From an uncultured Candidatus Bathyarchaeia archaeon (GTDB taxonomy: Archaea > Thermoproteota > CALKCG01 > B24 > JAWCPE01): a stretch of DNA of 64,000 nucleotides. This document shows positions 58,558 through 64,000 of the stretch, piece after piece (position 1 is the first letter of the stretch; every line of letters starts with the position of its first letter). The stretch lies in assembly GCA_964427455.1 (NCBI GenBank), contig CAYRUY010000003.1:98-64097 (forward strand), in the 5' to 3' direction. The position numbers and the translations under genes are program-made. A model generated the notes under the pieces. It did no database searches, was not told the DNA's origin, and saw only the letters and a list, made by a program, of their open reading frames with translations.

Positions 58558-59991
58558 TCACCTTACAAAGTACGCTGCGAATATGAGGATGACTAGGAGT
58601 ATTATGGGGTGAAGCTTCCCGACAACCCTAGAGAACGCTTGATCAGGCACTCTGATACCGTACAGGGGCTTGAAGATTTCCTTCCATAACGTGAATACCT
58701 CCCCCCTCTGTTTAGAAAGCTCCTCGGTGCTTGTATAGCCCGTAGACCAGAGCTCCGTCTTCACTACTTTGATGCATTTTGCCACGATGATTGATAGTAC
58801 GCCACCCACCGACATGATTACAAGCAACACATTCTCAACTCCTAGAGCTGGGGCACGCCCCACGATGTTCATCAGCGACAACAGGTTTGAGGAAAAGGCC
58901 GCAAGGACTGCCACCGAGAAGTTCGAAGCTAAAAGCACAGTCACCACCAACTCTTGAACTCTACTGGACGGTATATCGATCTTTGGTAAACCTTCATAAA
59001 CGAGTGTGTAGAAACGGAAGAATACAGCGAGCGATCCAGCGCTCACAAACAAGGCTACGCAACCCGCCAGAAGAAAACCTACGTCCACGTGCAATGCGGC
59101 GTACATCAGGGCCTCAGCCCCAACACTTAGCAACGCGAAAAGGATGATGTACGTCGTGAAAGTGTATGCACCCTCTAGTTTCAGCTTGCTCGACAGCCCG
59201 CCAAACTCTAGTATTCTATCCTTTCTCACGGCTCCACAAAGATAGCCATGGATCTGATAGAGTATAGAAAGACTTAGAGCGGACGGAAGCAAGAGATAGT
59301 TGAACAGCGGGGCTAGTTCGTTGGTGGAGGCGGAAAGCAATAGTAGGCCGAGGACAATCTGATGTAGAACAGAGTGGGCTTCAGGCATACTCTCGCAAAT
59401 AGCGCCGTTGAACACGCCGACGAGCATCATCGTGGCGCCAAACAACAAGAGGGCAGGAGCAAACCATGTGTAGGCCACCCGATACGTGTTCAAGTACATC
59501 AATGCCACAAAAGACGATAGGAGAGCCAAGGAGGGGAACCTCGAATACGACGCAGTAAGCCATACACCGGGGGGTGACAAACCTACAAGGAATAATGCTA
59601 GGATGAAACCTGGGAGAGGATGCTGTAGTTGAGTGAGCAAAGCTGTCATTGGAATAACCGCAAGAAGGTATGTCCCGAACCGACCATGCTCTTTCCCAAG
59701 AGATAAGGCGACAAAGATGAGTAAGGCTAGTAAGGCGAGTATGAGCGTCTGCGGGAGCGGCATAACCGATATCAACGTCCCCAACGAGAGGAGGGCAGAG
59801 TTATCCCCGGGATTTGCGAGCAGAATCAGCGAAAGCACTACTGCAAAGACTTGGTAAGGTTGAAAGCTCACTACTCCTGCCGTGTTCAGAAGGAGCAAAA
59901 ACAGACCTGTTACCGCGAGCAGTATCCTGGAAATCGTTCTATCACGTATGTAAGCCAAGGCTGGAAGAACAAGTAAAGCCTGCCAGAACAT
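58558..59991 (-). CDS. hycC: Antiporter-like membrane subunit (NuoL/M/N, HycC/EchA-like)
   Basis: A 477-aa protein with about 14 TM helices, sitting where hycC sits in the hyc gene order. Confidence 0.7.
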   Translation of the reverse strand: MFWQALLVLPALAYIRDRTISRILLAVTGLFLLLLNTAGVVSFQPYQVFAVVLSLILLANPGDNSALLSLGTLISVMPLPQTLILALLALLIFVALSLGKEHGRFGTYLLAVIPMTALLTQLQHPLPGFILALFLVGLSPPGVWLTASYSRFPSLALLSSFVALMYLNTYRVAYTWFAPALLLFGATMMLVGVFNGAICESMPEAHSVLHQIVLGLLLLSASTNELAPLFNYLLLPSALSLSILYQIHGYLCGAVRKDRILEFGGLSSKLKLEGAYTFTTYIILFALLSVGAEALMYAALHVDVGFLLAGCVALFVSAGSLAVFFRFYTLVYEGLPKIDIPSSRVQELVVTVLLASNFSVAVLAAFSSNLLSLMNIVGRAPALGVENVLLVIMSVGGVLSIIVAKCIKVVKTELWSTGYTSTEELSKQRGEVFTLWKEIFKPLYGIRVPDQAFSRVVGKLHPIILLVILIFAAYFVR

Positions 59992-59992
59992 G

Positions 59993-60538
59993 CTATCGCC
60001 CTTGAGTGTTAGACTCCTTGTCCTCCTCTGAAGAGAGAACTTTCATCTGACGAAGCAGCTCTATGGCCTTCCTCTTGGGCTTCCTTGTTACTTCCTCGTA
60101 TTCTCCGTAGAATACGACCCCGCTGGGGCACGTCTCTACGCACGCGGGGACAAGTCCTTGCCTTCTCCTTTCGGCGCACAGATCGCACTTCCTTATGATG
60201 CCCTTAACAGGATCTATATCGATCGCTCCAAACGGACAGGCTATAGCGCACAACTTGCATCCTATACATCGGTACTCCCTGACGAGCACCGCGCCATCTC
60301 CATCCTTGTACAATGCTCCTGTAGGGCAGACGCGCACACATACAGGATTTGTGCAATGCACGCAAGTCAGGGGGACGAGTATGCCGTCTGACGTGGAGTA
60401 TATGTTCACCCTAGCGTGAGAGTTCACGAACTCGCAAACTTTCTCACATACCTCGCAACCGATGCATCCTCCCACATCTACAAGCATCAATTTAGACACC
60501 AGGTTCACCTCACAACATCTTCTGAAGGTACCTGTCAA
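59993..60538 (-). CDS. hycB: Poly-[4Fe-4S] ferredoxin electron-transfer subunit (HycB-like)
   Basis: Four Cys clusters: 'CIGCEVCEKVCE', 'CVHCTNPVCVRVCP', 'CIGCKLCAIACP' and 'CDLCAERR..CVETCP'. Confidence 0.75.
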   Translation of the reverse strand: MTGTFRRCCEVNLVSKLMLVDVGGCIGCEVCEKVCEFVNSHARVNIYSTSDGILVPLTCVHCTNPVCVRVCPTGALYKDGDGAVLVREYRCIGCKLCAIACPFGAIDIDPVKGIIRKCDLCAERRRQGLVPACVETCPSGVVFYGEYEEVTRKPKRKAIELLRQMKVLSSEEDKESNTQGR

Positions 60539-61658
60539 CCCAGTATGCTGCCCTTAGGCCGGATTGAAAGGCCCTCCCCACTTTGCTGGTGCCCGCTGCG
60601 ACGTCGCCTGCAGCAAAGACCTTTTCTCTTGATGTCATAAACCTCTCATCGATCCCTATTCGTCCCCCTCTTGACAGTTTTATCCCCAAAACTTCGTTTC
60701 TGAACGGCGGGGTCGGCTTCTGACCTATTGCCACTATAATGTTATCAGCATCGACCGTCCTTTCCGTTCCAGGGATCTGCTCCAACCTTAAGATCACACC
60801 ATTTTTCACTTCAGCGTCGACGTCAATCAGCTCAATCGCCTCAACTTTTTCCTCGCCGATCACCCTCTTTATCACGGTCCTCTCTGTATGCTTACTTCCT
60901 AGTTCAATCAGCCGATTTATCTCGTAACCTCCTGCAGGGGCCTCAAGGAGTTTCTCTATTGAGATAAGGTGAACCTGACATCCATCCCGTATAGCGTCTA
61001 AAGCAGCGTCCGCGGCCACCAATCCAGCGCCGACAACGGCCACCTTGGAGCTGAGCTTGACCTTCTCGCATTCTGGCATAAGACCTAGCTCGCACGACCT
61101 GTTTCTAAACAGATATTCGAGAGCTGAATGTATTCCATCAACATTGGTGCCTTCTGCTGGAAGAGCGTTTGAGATCCATGTCCCTGTCGCTATTACTGTG
61201 GCATCAGATTCGTCTATCGCTCTCTGTAGCTCTAATGTCTCCTTAGCCAGCTTGTCTCCAAGAATTTCCTCTCCGCCAGCGGAAATCCTGCACGAGGTCT
61301 TCATTCTTACATCAAATATCTCCTCTAACTCCTTACACCCTAAGAACACCCTGTTTTTGGGTATTCTAGCCCCCGGGATGCCAAAGACCATCATCCCCCC
61401 TGGGAGCGGAAGCCTCTCGTATACGGTGATACCATAGCCTTTGCAGGCAAGATAGCCGGCAGCAGCTAATCCAGCAGGGCCAGCACCTATTATGGCAACC
61501 TTCGCATCCAACCTCTGAGCGGGCTTTTCCTTCTTGCACATGAATGTGAAACGCATGTATTCCCCGAAGCTCATCTCCACCCCCCTTTTCGTTCCAGAAG
61601 GGCTATGAACGAAGATGGCTTCAGCCTGAACTGATGGTAGAAGGTCGCAAACGCGCAA
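60510..61658 (-). CDS. GltD-like FAD/NAD(P)H-dependent oxidoreductase (glutamate synthase small-subunit family). It lacks the usual N-terminal Fe-S domain.
   Basis: 'KVAIIGAGPAGLAAAGYLACKGYGITVYERLPLPGGMMVFGIPGARIPK' and the C-terminal 'AAGDVAAGTSKVGRAFQSG'. Only about 45 aa precede the FAD motif. Confidence 0.65.
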   Translation of the reverse strand: MRVCDLLPSVQAEAIFVHSPSGTKRGVEMSFGEYMRFTFMCKKEKPAQRLDAKVAIIGAGPAGLAAAGYLACKGYGITVYERLPLPGGMMVFGIPGARIPKNRVFLGCKELEEIFDVRMKTSCRISAGGEEILGDKLAKETLELQRAIDESDATVIATGTWISNALPAEGTNVDGIHSALEYLFRNRSCELGLMPECEKVKLSSKVAVVGAGLVAADAALDAIRDGCQVHLISIEKLLEAPAGGYEINRLIELGSKHTERTVIKRVIGEEKVEAIELIDVDAEVKNGVILRLEQIPGTERTVDADNIIVAIGQKPTPPFRNEVLGIKLSRGGRIGIDERFMTSREKVFAAGDVAAGTSKVGRAFQSGLRAAYWVDRYLQKML

Positions 61659-62127
61659 CCACGGAAGACAGGCACCTCGAACCTTTGCACGGCTGCCACG
61701 ATCGCCTCCCTGGACAGGTAACCGGCAGAATCCTGCAAAGCCTGAGGCGCTCCGATAAGACTACTAGGGTTCTGTTCGAAGCCTCGCTTGGACATCAAGA
61801 GTTTTTTGTTTTGAACTTGCGCTTTTCCGTTCAGACATCTCTCATCAACATACTTCAGGTACAATACTTGACGCTTGAGTAGCCGCACCAGCTCATTCGA
61901 CGTGAGCAGCAATGGCAATGGTTGCAGCCCTCGCGAAGCTGTCAGTGACCCTCCTTGGTCACTCTTTAGGCTATCGGTACGGCGCATCAAGAGGGCGGAA
62001 AGATAGCTTGGCAGGCTGGCGTGGTTCGTCCGCGGTTAGCCATCACAGCCGATTGGCGATCCCCCTAGCTGGACGCTTGTCGCGCTTACTATATGAACCG
62101 CGAATTGACCAGAGAAGGGTTGTTGCG

Positions 62128-63606
62128 CTAGTCGCGTCCTTCAAGAAGCGCGTTTCTGGAGGCGATCTCCTTGTAGAGCCTCACCGCCTCGGTTGGTGTC
62201 CTCTCTTTGGTTTCAGGATTCACCCGGAAGAGGCCGAACCTCATCTTGAAGCCCTTAGCCCACTCGTAGTTGTCGACTAGAGACCAGTGGAAGTATCCCC
62301 TAAGCGGTACCCGGTCCTCGTCCACTGCGCTATGCAGCTCTTCCACATGTGCGATGAGGTATCGGCTTCTCTTCTCATCCTTCACGTCAGCTATGCCGTT
62401 CTCGGTTACCATGATGGGCCGCCTGTAGCCGTTGTAGGCCCAGTTGACCACGTAACGTATCCCAGGTGGGTATATCTCCCAGCCCATATCGGTGCAGTCG
62501 CCTTCACACGGCACCCCGCGGCCTTGGAGCATCCGATGAGTCGCGTCGGGGACCGCTTTGATCCTGTTCCGCATGTAGTAGTTGACGCCCAAGTAGTCGC
62601 ATCCCTTCACCAAGCCGGGGTGCTGCTCGTCGCTGCTCACGATCATGTCCAAGTCCATATCGTAGTCGCCTTTGATTGCCGCGTTCAGAAACCATTCATT
62701 CCACACGTATTCCAGGAACCTAGCTGCGGCCACATCGTCCTTCGACGCCGCGTCGTACGCCTCGTAGTACTGCGGGTTGTGGACGAGGCCCACGGTCGCA
62801 GGGCCGAGCTTGGAAACCGAGACGGTGTCCCATCGCTTGAGCATCTCATAGGCTACGCCGTGAGCGATAGCCAGGTTCTTCGAAGCCTTCATGAAGAGCT
62901 CGAAGTCTCCAAGGCCAGGAGGGAAGCCGCTGGATGCGTTCCAGTAACCGTTCCCGCTGACGACCATAGGCTCGTTGATCGTAGCATAGAGGTCGACGAG
63001 GTCGCCGAAAGCGTCCCCTACGAAGGCGGCGTACTTGGCGAACTCCACGATAGTCGAGGGCTCCAGCCAGCCACGTCTCTCAGCGTACTGCACCTTGTCT
63101 CTACAGGCAATGGGGTCATGCAACCAAAGAGGCAGAGGCCAATGATAGAGTGTCAAGAGAACCGTCATGCCCAGCCTCCTAGCCTCGGCTAGGATCTCCC
63201 GGTACCTCTCAACTGCGGTTCTCTCCGCGGTTTCATGAAGCATCTCCATACTATCTTTCGAGATATCTACGCGTGAGATGTTTCCCTCCTTATCGCGGAC
63301 GACTCGAGCTGGCACACTCATCGTTGGTTCTGGGAAGAGCCGGCTCCACTCAAGCCCAAGCCTCACAGCGTTGTTACCAAGCGCATCTCGAGCAAGCTTC
63401 AAGTCCATACGATAGAGTTCCCAGAAGCCCGGGCCGTTCTCGGGCAGGTCCCCGCTCACTAAGCCTCTTTCAACGTTGGTCGGGTCGTGAACCCACATGA
63501 ACCAGTCTGATCTGTTATCTACTGGGCCTCTGCCCATCTCTACTTGGAAAGCCGCTGTAGCTGTCCCCCAGAGAAAACCATCAGGGAAGCCCCTCCGTGC
63601 CTTCAA
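62128..63606 (-). CDS. Glycoside hydrolase family 1 (beta-glucosidase/beta-galactosidase)
   Basis: 'FPDGFLWGTATAAFQVEMG', 'TINEPMVV' (the acid/base NEP motif) and 'VTENGIAD' (the nucleophile ENG motif). Confidence 0.85.
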   Translation of the reverse strand: MKARRGFPDGFLWGTATAAFQVEMGRGPVDNRSDWFMWVHDPTNVERGLVSGDLPENGPGFWELYRMDLKLARDALGNNAVRLGLEWSRLFPEPTMSVPARVVRDKEGNISRVDISKDSMEMLHETAERTAVERYREILAEARRLGMTVLLTLYHWPLPLWLHDPIACRDKVQYAERRGWLEPSTIVEFAKYAAFVGDAFGDLVDLYATINEPMVVSGNGYWNASSGFPPGLGDFELFMKASKNLAIAHGVAYEMLKRWDTVSVSKLGPATVGLVHNPQYYEAYDAASKDDVAAARFLEYVWNEWFLNAAIKGDYDMDLDMIVSSDEQHPGLVKGCDYLGVNYYMRNRIKAVPDATHRMLQGRGVPCEGDCTDMGWEIYPPGIRYVVNWAYNGYRRPIMVTENGIADVKDEKRSRYLIAHVEELHSAVDEDRVPLRGYFHWSLVDNYEWAKGFKMRFGLFRVNPETKERTPTEAVRLYKEIASRNALLEGRD

Positions 63607-64000
63607 CCATCAACCCCCAAGCCGAGATTGTGAACCTTAGACATATAAGAGCATCCATCCCCCGGATCCAAGCTTGCCGCAAATATCAAGAGGCCTGCAA
63701 ACTGGCAAAGAAGGGCAGCGTCACAGCCCGAGGGGAGACTTGGCCGTAGATCAAGCTGAGCTTCCCGATCCGGCAGACAAGAGAAGCCGTGTTGTCGGTG
63801 AAGGTTGACTACATGCCTGCCTGGCGGTATCATCATCGGGTGCGCGGAGGCATCCTACTTCAGCTGCCCGCGTGGCTCTTCGCTCTGACTGTTGGGTACA
63901 CCTCGGTCACCACATCGCCTTGATTGTCGCGGAACGCAACGAACCTTCTCTTGCAGCTCGGGCATGCGAAGGTCGCGGACCGCCGTGGAGGCCTCTTGAA

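Noticed and set aside
61571-61990. A 139-aa minus-strand ORF upstream of, and overlapping, the GltD-like gene. It might have been a missing Fe-S N-terminal domain separated by a frameshift.
   Set aside because: Its translation has only isolated Cys residues and no CxxC...C cluster or GltD-like N-terminal pattern. It more likely covers the 5' UTR or promoter region.
1-64000. A search for tRNA, rRNA, CRISPR repeats and IS or transposase genes.
   Set aside because: No GTTCGAATC-type T-loops with matching acceptor stems were visible in the intergenic regions. There are no direct-repeat or spacer arrays and no transposase or integrase-like translations. Manual tRNA scanning is unreliable, so tRNAscan and Infernal should still be run.
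63603-64000. A 77-aa minus-strand ORF (63603..63836) and the terminal 160 nt as a possible gene.
   Set aside because: There is no motif, and the translation is Gly/Pro/Cys-rich. It is probably the 5' region of GH1 plus a partial unknown gene at the window edge, and cannot be supported.

Overview
This is a GC-rich (~60%) chromosomal segment with about 57 plausible protein-coding genes. It looks archaeal on gene content alone: Y-family Dpo4, dodecin, ArgC/LysY, a beta-RFAP synthase-like GHMP protein, an N-glycosylation-type glycosyltransferase island and TATA-like AT-rich promoters. Lineage was not determined.

I found no rRNA, tRNA, CRISPR array or transposase by eye.

Main contents, in order:
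- URO-D-like paralogs, bicupins, a GNAT acetyltransferase, a flavin-reductase-like protein, Dpo4 and dodecin.
- A four-member family of secreted, C-terminally anchored repeat proteins (three clustered at 9.3-15 kb, a fourth at 49.8 kb); one member is frameshifted.
- An ASKHA protein convergent with a beta-RFAP synthase-like gene, a DppA-type peptidase and an asparaginase.
- A ~12 kb surface-glycan island (GH5-like, GT-C-like membrane protein, AP-superfamily phosphodiesterase, NTase-fold protein, three GT4, one GT2, and a Gfo/Idh/MocA-acetyltransferase fusion).
- Two paralogous winged-helix genes flanking a small unknown gene.
- IlvD/EDD dehydratase, aldehyde dehydrogenase and a phosphohexomutase.
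- A low-GC single-gene islet encoding a cytidine-deaminase-fold protein.
- argC/lysY.
- A tungstate/molybdate ABC transporter with a ModE-like regulator and a palindromic candidate operator.
- A large polytopic membrane protein, a DUF362 protein and a third URO-D paralog.
- A seven-gene, translationally coupled, lower-GC operon encoding a formate-hydrogenlyase-type (hycBCDEFG order) group-4 [NiFe] hydrogenase. It is preceded by a GltD-like FAD/NAD(P)H oxidoreductase rather than a formate dehydrogenase; this is the most system-like novelty candidate.
- A GH1 beta-glucosidase.

All calls rest on motif recognition in the supplied translations. No database search was run.
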